From positions 8,543,720-8,607,719 of the forward strand of contig NC_068997.1 of NCBI RefSeq assembly GCF_001194135.2: a stretch of 64,000 bases of DNA, given 5' to 3'. The notes beneath the pieces are model-generated. The model saw nothing but the letters and a program-made list of their open reading frames with translations. It had not been told where the DNA came from and did not search any database. The position numbers were made by a program, and so were the translations under genes. Positions 36,607 through 49,460 of this stretch are shown here, piece by piece (the stretch's first letter is position 1; each line of letters begins with the position of its first letter). This stretch comes from Octopus bimaculoides (Eukaryota).

Positions 36607-36890
36607 CTCCCCCTATTCTGACTGTTGTCATATTCCTCTCCTATTCCCCTATTCTGACTGTTCTGTCATATTCCTCTCCTATTCCCCTATTCTGACTGTT
36701 CTGTCATATTCCTCTCCTATTCCCCTATTCTGACTGGTCTGTCATATTCCTCTCCTATTCCCCTATTCTGACTGTTCTGTCATATTCCTCTCCTATTCCC
36801 CTATTCTGACTGTTCTGTCATATTCCTCTCCTATTCCCCTATTCTGATTGTTCTGTCATATTCCTCTCCTATTCTCCTATTCTGACTGTT
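36607..36890. repeat. 38-bp minisatellite, ~7 copies
   Basis: Unit ttcctctcctattcccctattctgactgttctgtcata starts at 36671, 36709 and onward. Confidence 0.95.
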
Positions 36891-37814
36891 CATCCTGAAC
36901 GCAGTTGTTATTTCTTTTAATTATTAATATATGTGAGGTAAATCTTGTTCACCTTTCATCCTTCCAGTGTCAATAAAATAAAGTACTGGTTAACAATGAT
37001 GGAAATTCAGGAATATACTTGTGCATGGTGTTCCCTTGCTCTTCATCTCACAGGCAGTGAGGCTGAAGTTAAAACATCTAACCCTAACTCTTTCTAGCTT
37101 TGGCCACATAGACCTTAAACTGCCTCTACTTGCCAAAATTCATTTTCATCAATACTAAATGAGTATTGCAGAAGCAGAAAATATCAATTTTATGTTTTAG
37201 TGGTTAATTAACATCATTAAGGGAAAGATCATGAAATTTAATTATGCTATGTCCGTGTGTTAGTATCAAGTAGTAATGTTGTAAGTTGAGGCTGACACAG
37301 TTGACTGAACATGTCTAGTGACAGTACCAAACAATTAATGCTCTGAATGTTTTCAGTCAATTGTTTGTAGAAAATGAACACCTGATTAAGTTTAGAACCT
37401 TTTGTAGGTTTCCTGCTGCATCCATGCATTAGTATCACGTGACAGTATACTTGCACCTAAAATGAAGATCAACATGGTTGAGTGAACATGTTTGGTTATA
37501 ATCAAGGCAATATCAGACAGTGGGAATGTCTGATATCAGACAGTGCTGATATCAGACGGTGGGAATGAGTGCTCAATACCACATTGGTGGATAAATATTC
37601 TTTGTTTGTGGCTTAACAAGGCAACCAATAGCTCCAAAATGAAGATGGATACCAACACTTCTATGTGATACATTTGAACAATTGTGAAAATCTGTTTGAA
37701 TGAAACAATTGGTTGCCTTGTTAACCCACAAATAAAATATATATATATATATACATACATATGTGTGCGTGTGTGTGTGTGTGTGTATGCATAGGCAAAC
37801 ACTTATGCATGCAT

Positions 37815-37985
37815 ACCGACACACACACACACACTGGACTTCCTGACAGTTTTCATCTACCAAACCCACTCCCAAGGTTTTGGTCAACTCAAGGCTATAG
37901 TAGATATTTGCTCAAGGTACCACACAGTGAACTGAAAGCCACTTGGTCGGAAAGTGGACTTCTTAACCAGATAGTCATGCTTGCA
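37815..37985 (-). mobile_element. SINE family A, 5' half
   Basis: cagttttcatctaccaaacccact..aaggctatagtaga..cttcttaacc. Confidence 0.65.
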
Positions 37986-38405
37986 CCTTGGAGTATTTCA
38001 ACACAATTCATCTATGGATAAAACTACATTTTCCTTTATTAATAATCAAAACGGTCTAATTATTTATTCATTTAAATATTATTTTCAATCTGCTTCTCCA
38101 TGTTTGTTTTAATTATGGCTGCAATTTTGTTTCTTTACAGTGATATGCCTTTTCTATTTGATGTTTGTTGGTACCTTGCATAGAGGTAATTCCATGAATT
38201 GGATGGTAGTAAGATCTGAACTTGCGTGTAATAATGTAGTCAGTAGTCTGAGTGTATATTGCATATGTGAATATCTATCTATCTGTCTCTCTCTCTATCA
38301 ATCTTTCTGTCTATTTATCCATTTACTTATCTATCTGTCTCTCTCTCTATCAATCTTTTTGTCTATTTATCCATTTACTTATCTATCTATCTACCTATAT
38401 ATATC

Positions 38406-38568
38406 TCTCTGAGTGGTTGGCGTTAGGAGGGGCATCCAGCTGTAGAAACTCTGCCAAATTAGATTGGAGCCTGGTGTTGCCATCCGGTTTCACCAGTCCT
38501 CAGTCAAATCGTCCAACCCATGCTAGCATGGAAAGTGGACGTTAAACGATGATGATGATGATGATGAT
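38406..38568 (+). mobile_element. RTE LINE short 3' end with (GAT)n tail
   Basis: ctctgagtggttggcgttagg..gcatggaaagtggacgttaaacgatgat. Confidence 0.88.
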
Positions 38569-39555
38569 TTGTATCTACTTGTAATTATGAATGTGTGAGT
38601 GTGTATACTTATACACAAACACATACACATGGATATAAAATAGATAGATAGATAGATAGATAGACAGACATACACACACAAATGCATACATATTTAATGT
38701 AGGTATAAAACAGGGACATTTTTCCCATTTTTTTTATCAAATTTGTTTACAGTCAATGAGGGAGAAAAAAAACGGCACCATATTAACATCTCTATGTATA
38801 GATTCAGAGAAATCCAAAATAGTTGTGTAGTTGTGCAAGAAAATTACCCACAATTAAAGATGGCTGTCTTGTTCAAGGAGAGTCATCAGAAAGAGAAAAA
38901 ATATATATCTAGGAGAACTATAACATAGATTAAAAACACGGCTTATAAGAAAATATTCTATAAATATCATAAAAAAAGAAAACAAAACAGAAAATGATTT
39001 CTAAGACATCTTTCAAGTATTCATGAAAGAGCCAACTTAAAACGATGATTATTTTCCCTCATTTATTTTTTGCTTTTATTTACATTTATTAAATTATTTG
39101 TTTATTTGTTGAAGTTATATTATTGTCTCTGCACCAGGATAAAGCTGTAGCCATTGATGGATTCTTAGTGTTAATGCTAACACCAGTTGGAGGTCAGAGG
39201 GAAAAAATTGGTCACTAGAGAATAGCAGTAATCCTCCATTCAAATTATAGAATATGATAGTGGTTGATGTTGCATTAGTGCAGTATACATACACACATAC
39301 ATACATACATACATACATGTAAATATATTTAATATATAATAAATGTATGTGTACTATACGCATATCATATATATATTTCATGTATGTATATTATGTCTCT
39401 ATCTATCTGTGTGTACGTATATATGAACACCGCCCGGGCATCGGAAACTCGGAGTTTTATCATGGCTACTGAATAAGTGTCACATATTTTTACAAATACA
39501 TTCCTCTATTTGCATAATATCGAGGTCTCTTTCTTTCTTTTGTTGCCACTCCCGC

Positions 39556-39596
<41 letters not shown>

Positions 39597-39609
39597 CTAA
39601 CCACTTTAT

Positions 39610-39750
39610 TTTCTCTCCTTGTTTCTTTCTGTGTTCCTTTCTGTGGAAGAGCATAGGCTCGAAAGGTTAAAGACTTTTTCACTTTCTGAGCGTTAAACAA
39701 GTACACCTGTTTGTTGTCTACACCACCTGTCTTCATCTTTTGCTTTTTTT
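39610..39750 (+). mobile_element. Penelope-like terminal repeat, copy 2
   Basis: Homologous to 110-262. Confidence 0.5.
39637..39672 (+). ncRNA. Minimal hammerhead-like motif (A6U variant), copy 2
   Basis: CTTT-CTGTGGA-A-GAG-catagg-CTC-GAA-AGGT-T-AAAG; stem III palindrome broken by one substitution (ACGT to AGGT). Confidence 0.45.
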
Positions 39751-39914
39751 TTTTTTTTGTGAATACTCCCTATATATATATTAATGTTTGTTTATATTTT
39801 CAATTATATAAACAATTTTACATTAATCTGAAGGATTACTTCATTACTCCATACTTCTGTGGAGTACAAATTTATTATTCTTTAATTAACAAGAATAGTA
39901 TTGACATTGATTTT

Positions 39915-39990
39915 GAAATTTTGGCTGGTTAGCCTATCTTCAGACTGTCTGATGAGTGCTTAAGCTTGCCAAAACTTCGAAGTCACTGTT
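39915..39990. ncRNA. Back-to-back inverted pair of hammerhead-like cores
   Basis: Plus: gactgt-CTGATGA-gtgcttaagcttgcc-AAA-ACTTCGAAGT-C-actgtt. Minus (39943-39915): CTGAAGA-ta-GGCT-aacc-AGCC-AAAA-TTTC. Confidence 0.5.
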
Positions 39991-40019
39991 GATGCTGTTC
40001 TTGTTAAAAAATATCATTT

Positions 40020-40250
40020 ATAGGCACAGGAGTGGCTGTGTGGTAAGAAGCTTGCTTTCCAACCATATGGTTCCAGGTTCAGTGCCACTGTGCAGCACCT
40101 TAGGCAAGTGTCTTCCACTATGGCCTCGGGCCAACCAAAGCCTTGTGAGTGGATTTGGTAGATGGAAACTGGAAGAAGCCCATTGTATATGTGTGTGTGT
40201 ATGCGTGTATGTGTTTGTGTGTCTGTGTTTGTCCCCCCACCAAATAAAAA
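40020..40250 (+). mobile_element. SINE family A, 5' part
   Basis: ggcacaggagtggctgtgtggtaag..gatggaaactggaagaagccc. Confidence 0.85.
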
Positions 40251-40254
40251 ATAA

Positions 40255-40500
40255 ATGTCGATACCATGCGCTGGCACCACATGCAAAGCACCTGTACCAG
40301 TGCCATGTGAAGAAGCAGCCATGCTGGTACTACATGAAAAGCAGCCAATACATTCTGTAAAGTGGTTGGCATTAGAAAGAGCATCAAGTCATAGACACAA
40401 ATGGTTGGGTCCTGGTGTAGCCCCCCCCCCCAGCTTGCCAGCTCCTGTTAAAAACAATCAAACCCATGCCAGCATGGAAAACAGTTATTAAATGATGAAG
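40255..40500 (+). mobile_element. Diverged RTE-type 3' end
   Basis: gtaaagtggttggcattag..acccatgccagcatggaaaa..ttaaatgatg. Confidence 0.6.
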
Positions 40501-40951
40501 ACATAAAGAGGGGGTAATAGAGGTCATTAATAGCAATGTAATGCAAGCAACACCAAAGACCCAGTTTTCAGCAAAGTGGCAGAACAAATAATATTTTTAT
40601 TCTTGCTAAATAAAGTCAAACTCAGAATTATGCCAGTGTCATAAATATTGGAAATTTCATATCTTCCAAACTCATATTTTTTTATCTACCATCTTGACTT
40701 TGCTATTTTTGACAACTTTTATCTATTTTTATTTTGAGAATTCTTTAGTAAATATAATCGCAAAGCATTATAAATTTTAAACAATAATAGAAAATGACCA
40801 TTTTCATTACATTCTTTATTTGATTAAGAATTAACTCGAAATTAATGTCTGATACCTCCGGCTTAATACGTCTCAATTTTTACTGCAAGTAGTTTTGTAG
40901 TCTTGCCAGTGTGCGTGAATGTGTGTATGCACATGTGTGTACATGTGCTTT

Positions 40952-40985
<34 letters not shown>

Positions 40986-40994
40986 CATACATAT

Positions 40995-41078
<84 letters not shown>

Positions 41079-41217
41079 AGAGAGAGGGGTATCATATTCA
41101 TATATGTGTGTACACACACATTGGCAAGACTATATACTTATATTTGTGTATATATATTTATTTATGAATATATATTTGTATATATGTATGTATATTTATG
41201 TTTATATGCATATATGC

Positions 41218-41255
<38 letters not shown>

Positions 41256-41424
41256 TATATATATATATGTTTATATGTATATATATATATATAGATAGAT
41301 GTCCACTCCACTCTACTGGGTGGTTGGTGTTAGGAAGGGCAGCTAGCCATAAAAACCCTGCCAAAACAGACTCAGAATTTTGGTGCAGTCTTCTGCCTGG
41401 TCATCTCCCATCAAACCGTCCAAC

Positions 41425-41600
41425 TACGGCCATGCTGGAGCACTGCCTTTAGTTGAACAAATCAACCCCAGGGCTTATTCTCTGTAAGCCTAGTATTTAA
41501 TTGGTCTCTTTTACTGAATTGTTAAGTTACAGGGATATAAACACACCAACACCAGTTATCAAGTAATGGTGATGAACAAGTACAGACACACAAACATATA
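41425..41600 (-). mobile_element. SINE family A 3' part, fused to an RTE-like tail at ~41305-41425
   Basis: cggccatgctggagcactgcctttag..gcctagtat. Confidence 0.75.
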
Positions 41601-41606
41601 CATATA

Positions 41607-41647
<41 letters not shown>

Positions 41648-43060
41648 NNNNNNNNNNNNNNNNNNNNNNNNNNNNNNNNNNNNNNNNNNNNNNNNNNNNN
41701 NNNNNNNNNNNNNNNNNNNNNNNNNNNNNNNNNNNNNNNNNNNNNNNNNNNNNNNNNNNNNNNNNNNNNNNNNNNNNNNNNNNNNNNNNNNNNNNNNNNN
41801 NNNNNNNNNNNNNNNNNNNNNNNNNNNNNNNNNNNNNNNNNNNNNNNNNNNNNNNNNNNNNNNNNNNNNNNNNNNNNNNNNNNNNNNNNNNNNNNNNNNN
41901 NNNNNNNNNNNNNNNNNNNNNNNNNNNNNNNNNNNNNNNNNNNNNNNNNNNNNNNNNNNNNNNNNNNNNNNNNNNNNNNNNNNNNNNNNNNNNNNNNNNN
42001 NNNNNNNNNNNNNNNNNNNNNNNNNNNNNNNNNNNNNNNNNNNNNNNNNNNNNNNNNNNNNNNNNNNNNNNNNNNNNNNNNNNNNNNNNNNNNNNNNNNN
42101 NNNNNNNNNNNNNNNNNNNNNNNNNNNNNNNNNNNNNNNNNNNNNNNNNNNNNNNNNNNNNNNNNNNNNNNNNNNNNNNNNNNNNNNNNNNNNNNNNNNN
42201 NNNNNNNNNNNNNNNNNNNNNNNNNNNNNNNNNNNNNNNNNNNNNNNNNNNNNNNNNNNNNNNNNNNNNNNNNNNNNNNNNNNNNNNNNNNNNNNNNNNN
42301 NNNNNNNNNNNNNNNNNNNNNNNNNNNNNNNNNNNNNNNNNNNNNNNNNNNNNNNNNNNNNNNNNNNNNNNNNNNNNNNNNNNNNNNNNNNNNNNNNNNN
42401 NNNNNNNNNNNNNNNNNNNNNNNNNNNNNNNNNNNNNNNNNNNNNNNNNNNNNNNNNNNNNNNNNNNNNNNNNNNNNNNNNNNNNNNNNNNNNNNNNNNN
42501 NNNNNNNNNNNNNNNNNNNNNNNNNNNNNNNNNNNNNNNNNNNNNNNNNNNNNNNNNNNNNNNNNNNNNNNNNNNNNNNNNNNNNNNNNNNNNNATATAT
42601 ATATATATATATATATATAGGAAAATGAAAAATAATAATAAGACAGAATGCTAAACTGGAAGCATATTCTAATAAAGATTTCTAACAGGCTTTCTTTGCA
42701 TAGCAAATGTTCAAGAAGATGGAGAATGAAAATGTTTTTTACAAAGAAGTACAAAATGAAGAAAATAATATATAAAAAAAAAATATACCAATACATTATA
42801 TTGTCTTTGAGCTTTTGAAGTTCAATGGTAATTCATGTATATAATGGTTGGAAAAATAAGGATGCATGAGAATTGAGAGTTGTGTTAGGTTTAAAAAAAG
42901 GGCTAAAAGTTTGTGTTAAGCAGGAAGTGTGGTGTCAAAACAGGAAGTGTGTGTAAGGGGAGACAAATGTTTCTTACCACACACTGACACCTGTGCTTAG
43001 ATGGGTATATATATGTGTGTGTGTGTGTATATATACATACACACACACATATATATATAT

Positions 43061-43320
43061 CAATAGAACAGCTTGCTCATGAAATTAATGTGCAAGTGGT
43101 TGAGCATTCCACAGTAGTTCTCAGGGAGATTCAGCGTGACACAAAATGTGACAAGGCTGGCCCTTTGAAATACAGGTACTACTCATTTTTGCCAGTTGAA
43201 TGGACTGTAGCAATGTGAAATAAAGTGTCTTGCTCAAGGACACAACACATCAGTGGGAATTGAACTTGCAACCTCACGATCATGAGGCAAATGCCCTAAC
43301 TACTAAGCCATGCACCTTCA
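43061..43320 (-). mobile_element. SINE family D
   Basis: gtgacaaggctggccctttgaaatacaggtac..gaaataaagtgtcttgctcaa..ctaagccatgcacc. Confidence 0.8.
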
Positions 43321-44896
43321 CACACACACACATATATATATATGGGTGAGGCATGTATGTGAATATACATTTATCTAGGAAATATAATAATCTATATGTA
43401 AATATGTACGTGTGTGTGTGTGTGTGTGTGCATGTATGTATAAATTTATACTCTTTGATTAGTAAAATGATTATCTTGGTTGCTGGAATATATTATCCTT
43501 CAATGAACACAGCAGACAAAATTCTTATCATTTCAAAACAACAATTTTTACCCCCTGGACTTTACCAAAATAAGTTATTTCTAAATTTGACTACATTTTT
43601 AACATCTTCTAATCAAAAATTTCAAATAGAATTAGCAACATCTTCATATATCTTCATGTGTGCATGCATGTGTGTGTGTGCGTGTGCATGCATGTGTGTG
43701 TGTCTGTGTGTGCTTAACTCTTTTAGCAAGACCTTTTTTCAGAAATATATATCCATTTAAATAATTGTCTTTTATCTTAAGCAATAGCTGAAAGAACTCC
43801 TGGGCATAAGCTTACCATAAGTATGTCATTATGTCTTATTCTTAGAATTCAAATGTGCTACAACTTGAAGCCTGTGGAGGCACAGGGCTTAGTAGTTGTG
43901 GGGTAGGAGATGTGATCATAAGATTGTGGTTTTGATTACTGGACTGGACGATATGTTGTGTCTTTGAGCAAAACATTTCATTTCACACTGCTTCAGATCA
44001 TTCTCCAGGGAGAAATATATACACCAGAGAAACCAAGAAACCATCCCTATGCTTCTTATGGAGTAAAGCAGACTAACCATATCTCAAACCATAGAATTTT
44101 TAGAGAATTGGATATAAGTTGTGGAGGAGAGATTGTGATGCTAGTGAAATTAAGCAGGTACATACGTGGCAACTTCAGGTAAAGTGTTATACATGAAGAA
44201 GCCTAATAAGTTTAAAATAATCAATCAATACTCATTAAATATTGATTGATGTTTCACAATATTCTTTAACCCTTTAGCGATATCAGGCTCAAAAATGTTA
44301 CCGGTTTCACCTTTTATAGTTATATCTACAGATATTCTATATTTGGTGGCTATTCAAGCAACGTGTTTGTGGATGGTTAATGATTTGGATATGGTATGGA
44401 GGAAGGAGCAATAACTCCTGAAATGTCCATACACACCCGTTACCTATTTTTGTAGCTTTGATCACATTGTTTACATAGACATATTCATATATGAAATGTA
44501 ACTTTCAGTGCTGGCTCTAGTCCATAAAGAAAATCTGTAGAGATAACTTTTAAAAATAATTCAACTGCACTGCTAACACAGGTGGAGCACATATTGACTT
44601 ATAAAGCCTTTAAAGTACGTGGTAGTATATCATGGTTGCATAACAAAATACAGTGTCCCTACCAGCAATTAATATTTACCTGTTTCATGAAAATCTCTCT
44701 CTCTCTCTCTCTCTCTATATANNNNNNNNNNNNNNNNNNNNNNNNNNNNNNNNNNNNNNNNNNNNNNNNNNNNNNNNNNNNNNNNNNNNNNNNNNNNNNN
44801 NNNNNNNNNNNNNNNNNNNNNNNNNNNNNNNNNNNNNNNNNNNNNTATTGTTTTTTGTCTTTTTCCTTTTTTTGAACTTATATATATATATATATA

Positions 44897-45295
44897 TTTT
44901 ACTCCTTTACTTGTTTCAGTCATTTGACTGCGGCCATGCTGGGGCACCACCTTTAGTCGAGCAAATCGACCCCAGGACTTATTCTTTGTAAGCCTAGTAC
45001 TTATTCTATCGGTATCTTTTTGCCGAACCGCTAAGTTACAGGGACGTAAACACACCAGCCTCGGTTGACAAGCGAAGTTGGGAGGACAAACACAGACACA
45101 CAAACACACACACATACATATATATATATACATATATACGACGGGCTTCTTTCAGTTTCCATCTACCAAATCCACTCACAAGGCGTTGGTCGGCCCGAGG
45201 CTATAGTAGAAGACACTTGCCCAAGGTGCCACGCAGTGAGACAGAACCCAGAACCATGTGGCTGGTAAGCAAGCTACTTACCACACAGCCACTAG
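44897..45295 (-). mobile_element. SINE family A, full-length and young
   Basis: Complete head, internal (TA/CA)n and tail; CpGs largely retained. Confidence 0.92.
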
Positions 45296-45525
45296 AAAAT
45301 ATAAATCTGGAGAAGCCCACTCTAAGATGTAGAGCAGTGTATATATAAATGGATTTATGTTATTACCCTGGGTTTCTCATCCAGGATAACCCCATAAACT
45401 AGCCAGGGTAATCCCATAAACTGGCTTCCCCCATTTATATATATATACTCACACACACACACATACATATATGTGTATGCATGTATATATGTATGTATAG
45501 ATATATATATATATATATATATATG

Positions 45526-45630
45526 ATTGGAGCCTGGTGTTGCCATCCGGTTTCACCAGTCCTCAGTCAAATCGTCCAACCCATGCTAGCATGGAAAGCG
45601 GACTTTAAACGATGATGATGATGATGATGA
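45526..45630 (+). mobile_element. RTE LINE terminal ~100 bp with (GAT)n
   Basis: attggagcctggtg..gcatggaaagcggactttaaacgatgat. Confidence 0.85.
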
Positions 45631-45636
45631 TATATA

Positions 45637-45856
45637 TCTGAGAGGGTGCCAAAAAGTTCCTTGCTTCAAGGGTATCATAAAAGGCCTGATTGGAGGTCCA
45701 ACATTCTGAGTTCTTTTACAGGGCTTAGAAATACTGAAAGACCACTGCAATAAGAGTGTAAATCTGAGAGGAGAATATGTAGAGTGAAATCATAATTTAA
45801 CTGATCCTCCTGTATTTTCTGTTACCCAAAGCCAGGAATTTTCTCTCCCCCTCCAC
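45637..45856 (+). mobile_element. Mariner-derived non-autonomous element
   Basis: Encodes the transposase end EILKDHCNKSVNLRGEYVE*; imperfect TIRs (..aaaaagttccttgctt / aagccaggaattttct..); TA on the left. Confidence 0.6.
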
Positions 45857-47889
45857 CACTTCCCTGTGTGTGTCTGTGTATATTTTTTTTTTTTTTCATC
45901 CCCATCAAAAGCTACATTTCTTGAGAATTTCCTCCATGCTCGCATACATGTCTGGAAAATTCCCAAGTTGTAATTTGCCTACAGAAATTCATTGAATATA
46001 AAAAAAAACCTTCTTTAAAGAGACAAAAATATTGCAACTGTGCCAAAAGAATAAAGTGCCACTTGTGAACTACAAACACTACAAACTTAATGAGTCTCTT
46101 GTTCCATATTTAAGAGCTTTAGCTCATAGCATCTCATTTTAAAAATCCTTTTAATGTTTTATCAATGTTTTTAAAATAAATTTTGTGATTAATAAGTATT
46201 TACATTTTTATGTTTTTTAACTCTTTATTGAAACTGTGACATTAAATAATAATTTGTCACCAGTGAAAATGTTACTCAGTCAATTGCATAAAGGTGAGTT
46301 TGTTAATCGGTCAACAGCTGGAGACGATATTGTCACCAGTAAAATGATGATGGTCAGTTTTCCTAACATGCGTCAGTAGAATTTCACATGAATCTGAAGA
46401 ATTTGCTTACATCATTCAGTGGAATTCCAAACTGAACATCAATTATATTAACCTCACCAATTTAGGAGAAACTGCAAAGGTAATGTGGTGAAAACTGATG
46501 CTTCTTACTTAGAATAAATATATTTAAAATGTGATTTTCCTCCTAATTCCTCTCATTGTGGAATCATTCTTTATTTCATTTCTCAATAAGAGAAGAATAA
46601 GGAATCATGAAAAAAACCCATTCCGTACAATATGTCAATGGTACAGCGACAGTGATATGCAACTTTGTTGCAGAGAATGTTGTCATTTTAACAGACATTA
46701 TCATAATGGACGTGAGGCAGTTCCCTCAAGTCTCTTATGTAATGTGTGCGTGTGAGTGTCTTCATAATGTATATAATGCACCAACTAACATGTTATTGAA
46801 TGTCAAATGCAGCTACAAAAATGATATTACATTCATATAAGCTGCAGCATCTAGCCAACCATTTCTCTCTTTTGAATTCTTTTAGCAATTAGACCATTTG
46901 TGATGTCTCGTGATTGCGACCATTTTCGATAAGCTGGCATTAGGATTAAGCAATATATTTTCAGAGAGATTTTTCAACTGTGCAAGTAATTTTATATCTA
47001 TCAACAATCAAATCTCTCAGAATAGAAATGGTCTATGTTAGCTGTGGTTGTCTTTTATAACATTTCTCTTTTTCTTTTTTTTTTTATCTATAACAAAATG
47101 ACAGATAACGAACATAATTATTGATTTTCAATATTTCGTTTTTATCTCAACTTGCATGAGTCTTAGTCCCCATTTTGTTTTTAAATAAATACTTATTTTG
47201 AAAGATATTTAAAGCTGAGAAGTGACTTGTAGACATAAAAATCAACATTTATGTAACAGTTTTGTTTTAAAACATTCTAATACTGTTCTGAATCCATTAA
47301 CTTTTAAACAAAAGACATAGACAGGCACTGAAAGAGCATTGCAGAATGCAAATCTTCTTATTTCCTACAATCTCAAGTTCAGAAGAATTAGGCAAAGCTA
47401 AATATGTCTCTTGTTTATAATAATTTCTTCCCCTACTATGAGACCTTGAATTTGCTTGGGAAGGAAGGGGGTCAAAGGATAATTGACTTGATGTAACATA
47501 AGACAATACAAGGTCCGCTAAGACCTGGGGAGTTTTTATTGTTTAGTCCCAGTTTGTTGTAACTGTTGTTTAGTCCTTCATTGAGTAAATCTATGATCAA
47601 AGGTATTCCAGCCTTTCTATCCCATCTTTCCATGTTTATCAGGGATTACATTGTCTAATGTACGCTTCTTTATTTAAGACAACAATGCATGATTTGTGTG
47701 AGATTTGGCTGCTATTTCTAGCAGATTCAGCAACTACACAGAGAGCTGGTGCTTCGATCAGATTTCATACTGAGAAGTGGATATGAAATAATCTTTCTGT
47801 TTGTTGGATACCATCCTGTTGTAAGCGAAATACCTATTTTTAACTGCAAAATGACACGAAGTAAAGTGAAATACAGTATTGTATTCAAA

Positions 47890-47968
47890 AACACAGTAGA
47901 ATGCCTGCTACGGATTTGAACCCCTGGCCTATGGGTTGGTATCTCAGTATCTTATCAGTTTGGCCATT
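47890..47968 (-). pseudogene. tRNA-like remnant or isolated SINE head
   Basis: Reverse complement: tggccaaactgataag (A-box-like)..ggggttcaaatcc (B-box)..gttttt; stems do not close a cloverleaf. Confidence 0.35.
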
Positions 47969-48272
47969 TTAAATTCGCACAAGCAACAAGACCAACAAGA
48001 AATCCCAAATAACTTGGAAAATATTAAAACAAGGAATGTTTGGTCAAATTTGTTTGTTGGCACCACTTTCAGAATGTGAATGTTTTCATTTTATTTTTAT
48101 AATAATTTAGTCACACGTATCTGAGTGATTCAGAAGTTTATGTCATGCTCATGTAATTTCTGGTTCAATCCCACTGCATGGTATATTGGGCGACTACAGC
48201 CTCAAGCTGTTCAATGCTTTGTGAATGAAATGTGATAGAGATAAAGTGCATGGAACCCCATCAACTCTTTCT

Positions 48273-48744
48273 TGCTAAAGAGGAGATAACCACTACAAAA
48301 TGCATGCATCATCAGTCTGGATAGGAGGCACTTCAAACTGACTTGGTGTATTTATACCTATTTGTCTACAGAGAAAGATTTTCTCCCTGCCAAAATACAG
48401 TGAATGAATTTCTTACAGGTTCGAATATGCCTCAAGCATATTTGAACTAGTAAACAAATTATATTTGCTCAGTGATTCTGATTCATATCTTCTTACAGCT
48501 GAGCTGCTGATTAGCACAGCCAGTTATTGTACTTTCACTGGAATATAAGAGAGATCTGTTGCTTGTCAGTTTGAATCATCTCCCTTTTCAGTGTCTGATG
48601 CTGAAGAGGAGATAACTACTCTCAAATGCATGCATCCATTAGTCTGGATAAGGAGCACTTCAAACTGATTTGGTGTCTTTACACCTATCTGTCTGCAGCA
48701 AGAAATTTTCTCCATGATAAAATGCAGTAAATGGTTTTCTTACA
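48273..48744. repeat. Two diverged ~145-bp direct repeats 326 bp apart
   Basis: 48273-48417 and 48599-48744 share agaggagataac..aaatgcatgcatc..agtctggata..gcacttcaaactga..ttggtgt..tcttaca. Confidence 0.8.
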
Positions 48745-49254
48745 TTTAAATTATGTATGTATGTATGTGTGTATGTGTATATGGTGGTGGTAGTAGTAGT
48801 AGTAGTAGTATGGGAGCATGTTCTGTAACAGCATACCACTACATCCTCCTTTTGTTGATAATTTCCTATTCCTGGCAGATGACACCTTTGCACCCCTTAA
48901 GTGACAACCCTCCAACCCATGGGTCTGTTTGGGGTAGTGATTACTGGTGAGGGGTTTTATGAGGTCAGAATGCAAATCCTACCTCACCGTCTTTTATTTG
49001 CCTTTTATGACACACCAAGGAAACATTGGGTCTGTTCTTTTGATTTTGACACGTTGGTCCCCAAACAGTACAAAACTGATATATAATAAAAAAAAAAAGA
49101 AAACAGTCCCCTGATAAATAATAAAACTGTATTACATTAATGTGTAGGTTTTTTTAGAGGGGGGAGGGCATGGGGCTTGTCTTAATAAAAGTGTGCAGGG
49201 AAAAACTTTTCTCTGTAATGCAATGCAATATAATTATGCCCAATCTTAATCTCT

Positions 49255-49460
49255 GATATTTTACTTGTTTCAGTCATTGGACTATGGCCATGCTGGGGCA
49301 CTACCTTGAAGGGTTTTGTCAAACAAATCAACCACAGCAATTTTTTTAAGACTGGAACTTATTCTATCAGTCTCTTTTGCCAAACTACTATGTTACAGAG
49401 ATACAGACAAATCAACACTGGTTGTCAAGTGGTTGTGGTGAAACAAATGCAGACACATAC
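49255..49460 (-). mobile_element. SINE family A, 3' half
   Basis: tacttgtttcagtcattgg..ggccatgctggggcac..cttattctatc. Confidence 0.75.

Noticed and set aside
36607-36890. CRISPR-like periodicity
   Set aside because: Units are contiguous with no unique spacers; eukaryotic minisatellite.
37515-37565. Short repeats containing the palindrome tctgatatcaga
   Set aside because: Local slippage duplication of under 25 bp; not an array with spacers.
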